Shown: in pieces, positions 12,071-24,552 of the stretch | Layout of the letters: each line of letters begins with the position of its first letter | How positions within the stretch are numbered: position 1 is the stretch's first letter | Source of the DNA: Camelus dromedarius | Lineage: Eukaryota | NCBI RefSeq assembly: GCF_036321535.1 | Contig: NC_087436.1 | Location: 17,422,001 to 17,486,000, forward strand | DNA length: 64,000 bases | Direction of reading: 5' to 3' | Notes under the pieces: model-generated | Database searches by the model: none | Seen by the model: only the letters and a program-made list of their open reading frames with translations | Told to the model about the DNA's origin: nothing | Translations under genes and position numbers: made by a program

Positions 12071-13329
12071 CTTGGAAAAATATATAATTCTTATGATAAT
12101 AATTATATTATTAGTTTCTGCAGGGTAAAACTGGCAAATTTCTTAAATATCTATCACTAGATAGAAGAAAAGAAAAACTGAGAAGTTAAGTCATGTCCCT
12201 GGTGCTTTCCTATTCTACCTCTGTAATGCAAGATTACAGGTCACCCTATGATTACCTTCTGACTGCTTAAACATGTGAACTTCCATCTGCAGAAAACATG
12301 TACTTGAATTAAAACATTCATACTTTACAGATGAGTCAGTTTGCTGGTAGAAAGAAAAAGCAAAACCAATAAATTAATTAAGATTCAAAAATCTAGTTTC
12401 AGACAAGTACTTTAAATCTACTGATGTTAAAAAAAATGCAATTTAGAGTGGGGATTCTTTTTTCTGGAAGTTTCTTTTTCCTTCAAATATTATCTGAAAA
12501 GGGGGTCCTTTCCAGAAAGAAAATTGTATCATTTAAAATATTCTTTAGAGGTTGACCTCTGAAAGGTGATGTTTGATCAATAACTTTGGAAATTGCTCTA
12601 CCTTTTAGCTTTCTCTTTATGAAAAATGGACAGTCTTTAGATAGTTTAGATTATAGATTAATTTTAAGAATTTTGTTGCAATGTCCTTTAAGTGTCAGTG
12701 AGTTAAGATTTGCAATTTAAAGTTTGTATCCTTAAATGCAAGAGAAATTGTGTTGGAACTTAGCCAATAAATCATAACTAAAATACTCATAATAAAAGCA
12801 TTTGTTCTAGAGAGAAACTCACTTAAATACAGTGCTGGGGAAAAAAAATAAAAGAAAAAAGATTGCTGTGAGGTAGACAGAGTGAGGAATATAGCTTTAC
12901 TTAGAGAACTTCACAAAACAGCCCAAAATTATGCACAAAAATTATTTTGAAGATGGTTCATATAAATTTTTTTTCCAATTTTGAAAGCAGATGAAAGACA
13001 TTTGCTATACTAAAAGCAATAACTTTCACCCAATCTGTGAACTCTGCCAATTCCAAGGATCTGGGTAAAACCAGTGTTCTGAGAACTGGTACCTGGACAA
13101 CAGGAGAAATGAAGCTTATGCAAATATATTAGAAAGTTGATCCAAACAATGATCACCAGAGACAGGCGAATAGAAAGAAAATACAGAGGGAAGGTACAGG
13201 CAGGAGGGGGGCATGGGGGGGAGGGGGGAAGAACAGTGACATTTGGTGATGAACCATATGTGCGTGGTTTGAAAGACATGACTGAATTGTTTTTGGTGCA
13301 GTATTATTCTGACATTTAGAATGAGGCAA

Positions 13330-13560
13330 TTTTCCATTTCCATTAATGTACTGCCAAATAGAAGGGGAACTGTCGCGAATTAAAGACTAAAGAAAGCTGT
13401 TCCTCAAAGTTGTATTAAATCATTGCGGATGAACTCATTAAGATCAAATTAATGAGGTAAATTGTACTAGGCTTAATTAGCAAGAAAACCCAAGGAAGAT
13501 TATACAACTTCACTAATTTTCAATGGCCCAACATTAAGCACCGCCGGCACGTGACGTGAA
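13330..13560. promoter_or_regulatory. Candidate enhancer / conserved non-coding element
   Basis: Apparently unique sequence dense in TAAT/ATTA homeodomain cores. Ends in a CpG cluster with overlapping E-box and CRE half-site (cacgtgacgtga, 13548-13559). Confidence 0.35.
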
Positions 13561-14399
13561 AGTCAGAGATCTTCCTTACTCTCTACAAACCTCTCCGGTA
13601 CCTCAGAAAGGACTCAGGATACCTTAGAGATGAGAACAAATTTGAAGTAGTATCTCAACAGACCTTATGACAACCAGAAGACGTTAGAGGAAATAGCCCC
13701 CCATACCCACCTATGCACCCCAATCTTCAAACAGAAAAACAAGCAAAACTTGACTCCTTTGTGCAAAATAAGATAAGAGGAAAAGACAGGTTGTCTGTGA
13801 TCCTGGCTATGCACTCAGCACCCCCTTTCTAATCTCAGCATACAGAAGATTATTACAACTATACAAATAAGTCTCCCTATTCTACTTGAAGTCTAGTAGA
13901 CATGCTATTTTTGCTTTGCTCAGATGAGGGTAGAAAATCCTCTCTGTGGTCTTCAGACCCCTCTAATGAATTTCATGTTTCTAACAGAGGACCTGAAAAA
14001 TTATCCTTAAGGTTCTCCTGATCTCAAGACTGCAGGATTCCCAGATCCTCCAAGGTGATCAGCTCCTATACAATCTGGTTACAGAGCAAGTTAGACTTGT
14101 CGTTTCTATATTATTATTAGCATTGAAGCTCTAGAAATTGTAGACAAGCTGGAAATAACAAACAAACAAAAAGGCAGCAGCACAACACATATCACAACTT
14201 GCCCCTAATCTGTGCAACGGCCACACCCTACATTTTATCTTAAGTCCATACTCTCCAACTCACCATTAAAGTTCTGGAAACTTTTTATATGATGATGCTC
14301 TGTCCTCTCATTACATGTTCATCACTGGTATTTTGATAAGTCTTCTTGCTGTCATGGAGAAATAGAGACCAGTCAGAGCTCCGTGATGGTCTGGATCTA

Positions 14400-14500
14400 A
14401 GCCCAAGATCATCTCTTTTTTCCTCCCTGTGGAATTCCCAGTGCCTAGCATGTTGCTTGGAACACAGGAGGCGCATAATAAGTGCTCTTTTTTTAAATGG
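14400..14500 (+). mobile_element. L2 3' end
   Basis: 'ttcccagtgcctagcatgttgcttggaacacaggaggcgcataataagtgct'. Confidence 0.6.
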
Positions 14501-16032
14501 AGGAGCTAATAACAACGTTGTGTATTTAAATTTCAGACTTATTCCTACATATCAAGAATCACTGGAAACTCCTAGAAATACTGGTTCTAATTTGAGAATA
14601 ACAAAGCCATGTCTTAGATGACAATTAATCTACTGACTTTTCTTTTTTCATAGTCATTAAGTAAAGCTTAGCTTTCTAAAAGTGCTTCTTTCAGAGTATG
14701 TTGCTGTATTTTTTTAAAAATTTCAATTAATTCATTTCATTTATAAAAACCCCTTTTAAAAGTATAATTTCAGTTGAGTTCATTTTAATTAATTTTGGAT
14801 GACTCATATTTACACAGCATTTTTAATCTCATGATCTCTATGTCCATTTAAACGTTATTTTTTTCTTACATAGGACAGGATGGAATTATTATTCCCATGT
14901 TATAGACACTTAAATGAACACTTATAAATACGTGGCCTTTAGTAAATCACTCAGTCATGGGAAATTTGAGACTCAGGATCAAATCCATTATTCTTCCAAG
15001 AAACCACAACATCTCCATTCTTTTGTTTCTTAAAAAATTATTTTTCTGTTGTAACTTAGTTTCCTTCATAAAGCATTAACTTCTGCTTACTAAACTCTAA
15101 GTGAAAATGTGTATATGACTTATTTCACCTACTTCCCTACAACTAATTTTCAAGGTCATTGGATATGGCCAGTTGCTGTCAAACCAGTGCTAAAATAAGT
15201 TCCGCTGGAATCAACAGGAACCCAAGACAGGAATCTGATGAAAAGTTTGAAGCCTGTACAGGGATGTAATATAAAAAATTGTAGCCCCTTTCGAACGATT
15301 AAAAGGACTACTGAATCCTGACAAAGTCATGCCACCTAGCCATTTCCATTTGAAAGACTGCAACATGGAAAATTATTTTGTATAGACATGCTACCCCAAC
15401 CTTGTTTATAAACATTAATTCAATATATCATAGTCAAAATGTATGAAGCCGACTTTGCTTGTTAATTCAGACAATTCCATTTGCTTTTGCAATGTTTGCT
15501 TTTTAATTTAGACAATTCCACTTACTTTTGCTGTGTTTCAGGGTTGCAGCTTACTGACCTCATAAGTATACCCACAAAAGAAGTGACCTTAGCAAAGGAG
15601 AAGGTTCTAGAGAAGAAACCTAAAAAATCTCTTTTGTTTTCTTTTGTTCGTTTGTTGTTATTTTTCAAACTATTTTTTTTTAACTGTTTGTCTTATGAAC
15701 CAAAAAATGTCTGCTGAAACAAAACCATTTAAATGGAAGAACCTAAGTCAACTTGTTTGAAAATATTCTGGTCTGAGGGGGCATTTTTCCAGCTTCATTC
15801 CTTGTCTGCACAAGGTCGGGCCTCCTATTGAATGTTCTTTCCTGAAATCAGGATGTTTCGTTTGTAATCTAAGTAAAGTCACAGAGGACCATAAATAGTT
15901 TCCTGACCTCAATGGGGCTGCGCTCCATGCTCTGTTAGCTGGCTAAGCAGAGCGTAGTGAAGGCCCATCTAACTCTGGACACAGACATTTCCAGTGGTTA
16001 CGGCCGGCAGTCACGCTTGCCAGGAGACTTAC

Positions 16033-16233
16033 CAAGATACCTCTTCTGTCCTCTGACTTTAGAAACAGCATCTTCATCAGCTGCAGTACTACTTAGAACC
16101 TTTTCTAATGACTCCTTTATGCTTTCCTCCCTGAGGTACACTGATAGTTTCTTTATCATAAGAACATTCACAATTTTAACAAAAATAAAGATACTAGATT
16201 TGATTATTTTTCTTTAAAAATACATTTTTGCTT
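16033..16233 (-). pseudogene. Candidate exon (201 nt, phase 1-1) ending EESIKESLEKVLSSTAADEDAVSKVRGQKRYL
   Basis: Acceptor TCTCATATTATTTAG|AA, strong donor TTG|GTAAGT, length a multiple of 3, one TAA in the phase-1 frame. Confidence 0.5.
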
Positions 16234-17549
16234 CTAAATAATATGAGATGGACAGCTTCATTTGCACACGATCATTTCTTTATTTGCCGTATGAAGGCAG
16301 AAAGACTGTCCCTCTAACTCTGGACTTGACTTCTCTGAATTTAAGAATTAAAAATTTTACTTTACTCTTCATGGTAGTTTAACAATGATACATTTCCTAA
16401 TGCAGTGTATTAGTAAAAATTATCCAAGGAGAAACTTATGTCAACTCAATTTGTCCCTGATCACTTTGGTCTCTCCTAAGCCCTTCAAGCCTATTGCCAA
16501 ACCTTACTTTCCAACATAATAATGTCCTACAGGTTTTTCTGCTTTGACATAATAAATCTTACCTTCTACTTTTTCAAAATATTCTTCAGTCTTCTCACTA
16601 GTTATTAGAATCCCCAGAGACCTTTTCTTCCTCTGTAGTTTTCTTTGGCAAGTCATAGCTCTGTCCATCATATCTGATTATCACATTTGATGGGATCTAA
16701 ATTTGAACTTCTTCACTGAAAAATAAATTTTCTCTAATTTCATGCTGGGGGAATTTTGTTTCATTTTCTGCATAAGTTACTATAAACCTAAGGTAACTTC
16801 AGTGCATGGATTCCCTTCTGGCACCTCTCCAAGTATAAACATTCCCACTGGGAGGCATTCCCTGGGATGTGACTGCACTGCATCTTGACACCTCACCACC
16901 TGAGACTGATGAATCTCTTTCCAGACATTTTATTTATGTCTCTTGATAACCACCACTAAATTCTTTTTTTTCAGCCTTGGCTTGTCTTCCATCATAAAGA
17001 CAACTCCACACCCAGTTCTCTAGCTGCAGCCTCTATGTCTTCTAATCAGTACATACTATCTCTGCTAAAATAAATCTTTCAGATTTAACGTTTAGTTCCT
17101 TCCCCAAATGCTTGCATTATTTTTCCCGAGTTTCCCCAATTGGCAAGACCAAGTGAGGTGTGGTTACTTCTCGCTTTGTATCTGCAACCCACTGTCATGT
17201 ACTATTTTCCCAAGTGCCATCCGTGCACTTGGGTGTTTCTGTGTCTGTCATATTTGCCCCGTTGCCATAGAGATATGAAAGTATCTTAAAGAAAGATAGG
17301 AAAACTGACCCCACTAGTTGTTTACTATTGCTAAGCATAGTGATAATCAACTACAGCATCTCCCCTCTCTCAGCCTCTGAAAGTCAGAGCTTTGTCCTTT
17401 AAATAACATTTTCATCGCATCTCTCATTTAGATCTCTTTAGATGAATAACACGTTCAATTAAGAACCCAAGCCAATTTCCTCAGCACACACTAATGACGG
17501 ACATGGGAAGCTCGCCATGCATCCAGAAGTTGTCTGAAAGGAAGGAGGG

Positions 17550-17970
17550 CAGAATGGTGAACTGTGGTTGTTGGGATCAGAGAAACTTGACTTTGAATCT
17601 CAGTTTTGTTACTTATTAACTACATGACATGGTACAAGTGACTTAGACTTTCTGAGTTTCAATTTCTCCATCTATAAAGTGAAGACAATGATAAAGGTAC
17701 CTTATTGACATTTACAACAACATGGAAAGTCTTGAGGGCATTATGCTAAGTGAAATAAGTCAGACAGAGAAAGACAAACACCGTTTGATCTCTCTTCTAA
17801 ATGGAATCTGAAAAAACAACAACAAAAACAAGCTCACAGATACAGAGAACAGATTGAGAAGAAAGTTTCAATAAATAAATAAATAAAGCTAGCTTGTATA
17901 CTGACATTTTGCAGATGAAGCATATTTAGCATAATATCTTCCATAAAATAAGTACCAACAAATACTATTT
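17550..17970 (+). mobile_element. MIR SINE interrupted by a short L1 (L1MA-like) 3' fragment at ~17706-17885
   Basis: MIR core 'tttgaatctcag...tgacatggtacaagtgacttagactttctgagtttcaatttctccatctataaagt'. L1 insert 'gagggcattatgctaagtgaaataagtcagacagagaaagacaaa' with (aaat)n tail. Confidence 0.8.
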
Positions 17971-18057
17971 ATTGATAAAATTTCACACACTACATTTGAC
18001 CATCTACTGTGGATCTAAAATCAGGTTATAATTTAGAGCAATATAAAATATTATGAC

Positions 18058-18586
18058 CAAGGATATTCTCAAAGGAATATTTTTAATATGTCTATGTGAA
18101 TAATCAGAATATCATGGAAAATTTCACAGTTGGAAGAGGTTCAGAGAAATTAATTTTTTAAGGTTGGAGGCTTCACAGTCGGTTTGTTGCAGCGTCTTGG
18201 ACGAGAACTCAAAGACTCCTGATTAAGTTCTCTTTTGTTATACAGAACTGGAGGTGATCACCTCTTCTCTGAAAATTATTAATAGTTTTCATTTCAGGAA
18301 AAAAGTTCCTTTTTTGGAAATAGAAGTCATTCCATATGCTTAACTTGGAAAGCCAACTGAGTTGCTTTAAGAAGAAAAAATGGTCAAGTTTTAAGGTAAA
18401 ATATCTATCAGCTTCCAAGGCAACTTCAAATGTCTGTGGTCTGGAAAAGGCTCTTCCTTCACTCAGCAACAGACCCCTGTCTCATAATAGAGTTGTTTCT
18501 TCTTACTGAACTTTTCCTTTGTTGTTATTACTGAGTATTGTAATTAAACATTCTTCCTGAGTCTGTTTGGCAGCTGCCACTGTGTT
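18058..18586 (-). pseudogene. Candidate decayed exon (~530 nt; 3' boundary uncertain)
   Basis: Acceptor GGTTCCTTAG|AA. Phase-1 frame reads KHSGSCQTDSGRMFNYNTQ**QQRKSSVRRNNSIMRQGSVAE*RKSLFQTTDI; a later segment reads SPPVLYNKRELNQESLSSRPRRCNKPTVKPPTLKN. Donor weak. Confidence 0.4.
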
Positions 18587-18922
18587 CTAAGGAACCATTC
18601 ATAGCCCTGTGTATTACTATCCTAATCCTCTATTACAAAGAAAACCACTTTATGCCAAAAATCAGATACAAATACTAAAAAGACTTTACATTTTGTTTTG
18701 TTAGAATGAGTATTAATTGACATATTGGGAGTGGGACTGGATCCAATTCTTTAAGACACTAGGACCTCTGTTAGGTTAAAATAAGTATGCAATTTTGAGT
18801 TCTCCTTGAGTTATATTCAGCATATGTGTTAACTTCAACATAGCTTAGGAAGCATTCACTGCACTGAATATTCATATGGTGTGCATGATACAGACACTGA
18901 ACCCAATTTAGTAAATGAATAC

Positions 18923-19173
18923 TTGTAATTTCACCAAATCCCCGCTGCGAGATTATTATGCAGATTTATGAAGGAATATCACTGAAGTGGTTCTTGGCTA
19001 TGTCTTCCGTCACCAAGGACTCAAAGTATGTAAACCTCAAAAAACTTCCAATGTATTTACTGCTACCGGTTTCATCTTCTGAACTTTTCTGACATTATCC
19101 CTCACTCTCTGTTTCATCTCTAATTTTCCCTTCGATACTCTTGCCCTTGAGCAAAGAGGCAGCATCATAACAC
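18923..19173 (-). pseudogene. Candidate decayed exon (251 nt)
   Basis: Acceptor GCTTGTAG|GT, weak donor CAA|GTATTC. One frame reads YDAASLLKGKSIEGKIRDETESEG*CQKSSEDETGSSKYIGSFLRFTYFESLVTEDIAKNHFSDIPS*ICIIISQRGFGEIT. Confidence 0.4.
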
Positions 19174-19974
19174 CTACAAGCACTGCCAAGTTCCTCCTGA
19201 CAATATCCTGGCTGCCATAATGCCAGCAATCTGTTCCAATCCTGTCACTGCAAAATCTCATTAAAAGCAAAAGGATGCCTGAGCACAAGCTATAGGTACA
19301 CAGTGAGAGCAGGCTCACATTTCCAGGAGTGGCTATGCCCTGTGCTGGGGCCTCCTGATGTCTTCCAAGAAGTCACATATTGGCTAAGAGTTGGGCTCAG
19401 AGAGCCAAAGTTGTACAAGATGCAGGGTAGAGACCTAACATACCCATTCCCTTGAGGCATGTTCAACAGGTTATGGAAACCAGGTTCTGAACCAGCACGT
19501 CTTCCCAAAGACACGTGATATGGGAGATATAATATAGGCTGGTTGAATAAAACCTGGAGCGCACACCAGGAGCCTTGGTTCTGATCAAGTTAACCTCCTG
19601 ATCACCCTGGAATAGTCACTTAAACTCTCTGTCCCTCACATTCCCAGGCCATTGGGATATCCAGGTCTTCAATTTTATGATGATTTTCTGTAATTTACAA
19701 GTGGGAAAAACCCCATAGTTTTATAAGTGACAAACCCTAACTCATACTACAAATTAGCAGGAGAACCAGAAGTGTGTGTCATCTCATGAAATGCCAAACA
19801 CTTAAGTGCATTCAATAGTTCAGTTCAGATCTAAAAAATCATCATGACATCTCAGTGAATATGTGTCCGAAGTTTATAGAAAACTCCAAATAATTGGGGG
19901 GGCAACTAGAATAATCTCTCTTTTTCTGGGATTAAAACCAAAAAGATATTTCTGTAGCAATATATACCATGACA

Positions 19975-20163
19975 AGGGTTATAGTTAACAGCTTGGGCTT
20001 TGCACTGAAGCTCGTTATAGTTCTAATCTCAGCTCTATGCTTTCTTAACTTCTTTGAGTCTAAATTATACTAGTACCTTCCTTTTTGGGTAGATGTGAAA
20101 ATTAACAAGATATTGCAGGTAGAGTCCTCTGCACTGGGTCTGGAATTTAGTGATGCTTAACCA
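19975..20163 (+). mobile_element. MIR SINE
   Basis: 'gttctaatctcagctct...gtaccttcc...tgtgaaaattaacaagatattgcaggtagagt'. Confidence 0.55.
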
Positions 20164-20164
20164 G

Positions 20165-20202
<38 letters not shown>

Positions 20203-20226
20203 ATTATTATTATTATTATTATTATT
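20164..20226. repeat. Compound microsatellite (GTT)13(ATT)8
   Basis: Read directly; sits at the MIR tail. Confidence 0.95.
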
Positions 20227-20689
20227 AACAAACTCCACAGTAGTTTTTGGGAAAATTGGACCAGGCTGTGAGACACTGTTGAACTAGCAATAACCCTTGG
20301 GGAAAAGGGTTGAGAGAAATTAGACAGAACTCTTTTTTTGTTGGGTTTTTTTTTTGTTTGTTTTTGATATATGTATATGTATATATATAGCTATGAGAGT
20401 TTGAATGAGTTATTCAACTTCTCAAAGCTTCAGTTTCTTCATTGGTAAAATAGAGATAATGACACTAATGTTTATGTGACGATGAAATAAAGTAATACAT
20501 GTGAAAGAAGATAATGAGGGAGATTTTTGGGTCAACTGAAGTCAACAACAGAGCCTTAGTCCAAGGATCAAGACTTAGAACCATATATTTGCAGGTGTGC
20601 AGTCAGCAATCAGGGCCACAAGGTCCTCCAGGGCCTTCCAAAAAGGAGCAAAAACAGCCTGGCCACAATCAACCATAAAAGCTAGACCT

Positions 20690-20858
20690 TTACTAATCAA
20701 CTCGCGATTCATGGATCAGTAGCATCAGTCTCACCTGGGAGCCTGCTAGAAATGCAGAATCTCAGGCCCCACCCCAGTACTATAGAATTATAATCTTCAT
20801 TTTAATAAGTGTCTGAGGTGACTGAGCTCATGGGAGTAATAAGGTTTGAGAAACATTT
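20690..20858. mobile_element. MER5A (hAT-Charlie MITE)
   Basis: 'cagtagcatcagtctcacctgggagcctgctagaaatgcagaatctcaggccccacccca...aggtttgagaaaca'. Confidence 0.85.
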
Positions 20859-21043
20859 ACCCAGACCATCTATATAAACTGTAGTCTATACAAGCAAAAG
20901 ACAGGTAAGGGAAAAGAGGAAAAGATCTTCAAAGTAATGTGCTGTCAACTCATTGGGGGTAAGAGTAGGGGCATGACTCTGGGGTTTTTTATTCCCCTAG
21001 GGGGCTTTAACTAAATTGGGGAGGGGTTAGGTGGGTGGGGCCC

Positions 21044-21401
21044 TGCTGCTAACTGAATGTTTGTGTTCCCCCAAAATTCATATGTTGAAACCCAATCCTC
21101 AATACAATGTTATTTGGAGTTAGAGCCCTTGAGAGGTGATAAGATCATGAGAGCAGAGCCCTCATGAGTGGAGTCAGTGTCCTTATAAAAGAAGACCCAG
21201 AAAGCTGCTTCTCCCCTTCCATCATGTGAGGACACAGTGAGATGACGCCATCTATAAACCAGGAAGTAAACCCTCACCAGACACCAAGTCCATCTTGATC
21301 TTGGTTTTCTCAGCTTCCAGAACTGTGAGAAATCAAACTCTATTGTTTATAAGCCACCAATATGTGGTACTTTGTTACAGCAGCCCAAGCAGACTAAAGC
21401 A
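21044..21401 (+). mobile_element. MaLR solo LTR (MLT1A-like)
   Basis: 'actgaatgtttgtgttcccccaaaattcatatgttgaaa...cagcttccagaactgtgagaaat...ttgttacagcagcccaagcagactaa'. Confidence 0.9.
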
Positions 21402-22102
21402 GTACCAAATGAATCACTTGAAAAGATTATGGATTTCTTCAAGTAGGGGAAGTTGTCATTTGGGTAGTTAACTGTTTGATCAATTTGTGACTACCTGACA
21501 CAAGAAAGAAGAAATTGGAGGGAGCAGAGTAGAAAGAGAGGCGGCAGGCAACAGGGCAACCTGCATACCCTAATTGTGGGGGGCCAATGCCTGAGTGTCT
21601 GTGTGCCAAGCAACAATGCTGGAGATAGTCAAGCTTGAGCCGCCATCTTGCCAGTGGCCCACACTCTGGAGCAAAGACTCTAGGACGTGGGGCTGAGGGG
21701 TTGGGGGCTGCTCATCCAGATTCAATCTCTCGCTTTTCCAGAGCAGGTACCTCCATCCTGGAGTGATCCCCACAAGGCCCTCAGAAGAATTCTCCTGGAC
21801 TCAAGTTTGAGTTTTGAACTGGGCAGTGGTTTAATAATTAAAAATCATGAGAAAGTTATGAAATTTTCTTTAGATGTCACCCATGAAACTGCTTTGCAGC
21901 AAAGAACAAAGATCTAAAATTGCAAGCCTGGTGGGGAGTGACTGCAGAAAAATAAATTTGTTCCAGGTCAAGACCCAACGAGCTGAGACTGCTCAATAAA
22001 CTTATTACTGAATAAGGTGCATGGGGGATACTGAACATCTAACACATTGTAGATATTATTATATCTATATAAAAAGAAATGTTTGAAAACTATAGAAATA
22101 TA

Positions 22103-22532
22103 CATGGATGGAACTAAAGATTATCATACTATGTGAAGTAAGTCAAACAGAGAAAGATAAATATCACATGATTACTTACATGTGAAATCTAAAAAAAAAA
22201 ATGTGACAAATGAACTTATTTATAAAACAGAAACAGACTCACAGACATAGAAAACAAACCTGTGGTTACCAAAGGGGAAAGGGGGGTGGATAAATTAGGA
22301 GTTCAGGATTTGTAGATACTAACTACTATATATAAAGTAGATAAACAACAAGGTTCTACAATGTAGCATAGTGAACTATATTCAATACCTTGTAATAACC
22401 TATAAAGAAAAAGAATACAAAATAAGAATATATATATATATATATATATATAAATATATAAAACTAATCACTATGCCATACACCAGAAAATAACACAATA
22501 TTGTAAATCAACTATACTTCAATCAAAAAAAC
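22103..22532 (+). mobile_element. 5'-truncated L1 (lineage-specific 3' UTR) with internal (TA)n
   Basis: L1 3' end 'ttgtaaatcaactatacttcaat' plus A tail. TSD aactatagaaatata (22088-22102) / aactacagaaatata (22533-22547). Confidence 0.9.
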
Positions 22533-22831
22533 AACTACAGAAATATAACTTTAAATAATAAAGTATTGGATAAATAAATTATAATATGTCAACATAGTAG
22601 TATAATACACCAATAAATATTATCATGAAGATAGAGATAACATAGGTAGAAGAACAGAAAAAGACAGACAGACTGATGTATTACATCGTTAAATAAATGC
22701 TCCAATATTTCTATTAATACTTCCATATGTCTACACGTATCTGGGAGGACAAACCACATGGTATAACAAACAGGTAATCAGAGTGTTGGACTTTGTAAAT
22801 GGTTTTTATATTGTAATTTTGTTATCCGTAC

Positions 22832-23388
22832 CTTGTTTAGACGCACAGCTGTTCATAATTTTGTCTGCATTTGCAAAGAGTTCCTGTGCTGCAGGAAGGC
22901 GCTGATAAGAAACAGTATGTAGGTCAGTGCAGGCATAGATGATGTCTTTACATCCTATTGTGTGAAAAATTTTCTGCTGATTTTGCCTTTTGTTCTAAAA
23001 TGCGTCCATTATGCAGGCAGGCCTATCATCATTGCTTCTCAGTATCTTTATATATAAAGATGTTTTATGTTTGTAAAACTTTATCTGATTTGCCTTAGAT
23101 TTCCTAGTTCTAGAAACACCAACCTTGGGTTTGACCCCCATTTCCTGTTTCATCAAAAATACCTCTTCATCCCTCTTCTCTTTGCAGACGGAAAGACAGG
23201 CTGTGTGCGACCTACACAGTCCTGTGAGTATAAAGAGTGTTTCAGGCAAAGTGGGCCTTGGAAGGAGTTGGGAGCATTTTCCACTGGGTTTGCCTTTGAA
23301 TGTGAGGAAGTTAAAATGACTTCCCCTAAGTTTTCTTACTTTGTTACATTTGCTTGTTTCCAGGATCTCTAGATCGCTAGCCCTCTAA
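22832..23388 (-). pseudogene. Candidate decayed exon (~555 nt, ends phase 1)
   Basis: Acceptor TGTCCTCTTTTAG (exon start 23388, alternative 23384), donor AAG|GTACGG. The frame from 23384 runs 184 codons to the donor with a single TAG (22997-22995). Confidence 0.45.
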
Positions 23389-24341
23389 CTAAAAGAGGAC
23401 ATGCTTAGAGCTGAGGCCATGTGTTGGTTCTCACTTTGTCCTCCACTACATGGAGCCCAGTATCTTAGGCATCCTAGAGGCTAAATGGGTGTGAATTGAA
23501 TCCTTAAGTATGTGAAAACATCAAAACTTTGAAAATTCATAAGACCCTGCACTAAAACAGATAAAGATCAGTCTAAACATATAGAGGGTCCAGAATAAAA
23601 GAGGAAAGCAGTTATTATAGAGTAAGGGTTCAAATAACATATTTATTCATGTAAAAAATGTTTTCAGGTTCCTCTTTTTATAACCATGATTTGGTTCTCT
23701 ATCCACGGCCTTTAGCGGTTGAACATTTCAACATCATTGAGTTAATGTTACTGCTCTCTGTCTTATGTGCAGGCAAATACATCTAGCATGAGGACCTGAG
23801 GAACATAAATTAAGGGAACTTGCCTTTTCACGGGGTCTCCATCACTTACTTTTTGTATATCCTTCCAAATCATAGACCCTAAATTTTGAATTACCAATAA
23901 AAAGGAAGGCATAAAACTTGGCTCGACAGCAATAGTTATAATAACCTTTAGATAACAGCCCTTTCATCAACCCATGTCATGTTGACCTCCCCTCTGATAC
24001 ATCATCTCCAGAAGCAAGGATGCAGGAGTATGGGCATGAATCCGAGACAACCCACAAAACTCACTCTGCATGACACCACTTGGAAGCATTTCCAAGTCTG
24101 TGGGGGCAGAGGAAATGCACACTTCATTTTTAGCTACTGCATTTTTCCTACAGTTCCTACCCGCTTCTTTCTACAGCAAACTGTACCTTCCACAGCCTGA
24201 CTTTCCTTTTGTCACTGTCTCTAATCAGCGTCCCATGATAACACAGGGAGAGCAGAATGGATGTATCTTCAGTCTGTTTTCTCCTGCCCTCCAGACGAGA
24301 GCGCCTCTTTCCTTTCTCCGGTAATTTCAGAATGTGCTTTT

Positions 24342-24552
24342 TTTATTATTATTATTATTGAGGTATAGTCTGTTTACAACGTTGTGTCAATTTCTGGTGT
24401 ACAGCACAATGCTTCAGTCATCCACGAATATACATATATTCGTTTTCATATTCTTTTTCACCATAAGCTACTACAGGATATTGAATATAGTTGCCTGTGC
24501 TGTACAGTAGAAACTTGTTTATTTTATGTATACCAGTCAGTATCTGCAAATC
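24342..24552 (-). mobile_element. Young 5'-truncated L1 3' end
   Basis: 'ttgaggtatagtctgtttacaacgttgtgtcaatttctggtgtacagc...'. Perfect 15-bp TSD tcagaatgtgctttt at 24327-24341 and 24553-24567. Confidence 0.92.

Noticed and set aside
23188..23223. 36-nt plus-strand micro-exon with strong acceptor and gtgagt donor
   Set aside because: No partner exons or recognisable product. It shows how easily splice-site look-alikes arise, which is also a caution for the minus-strand model.
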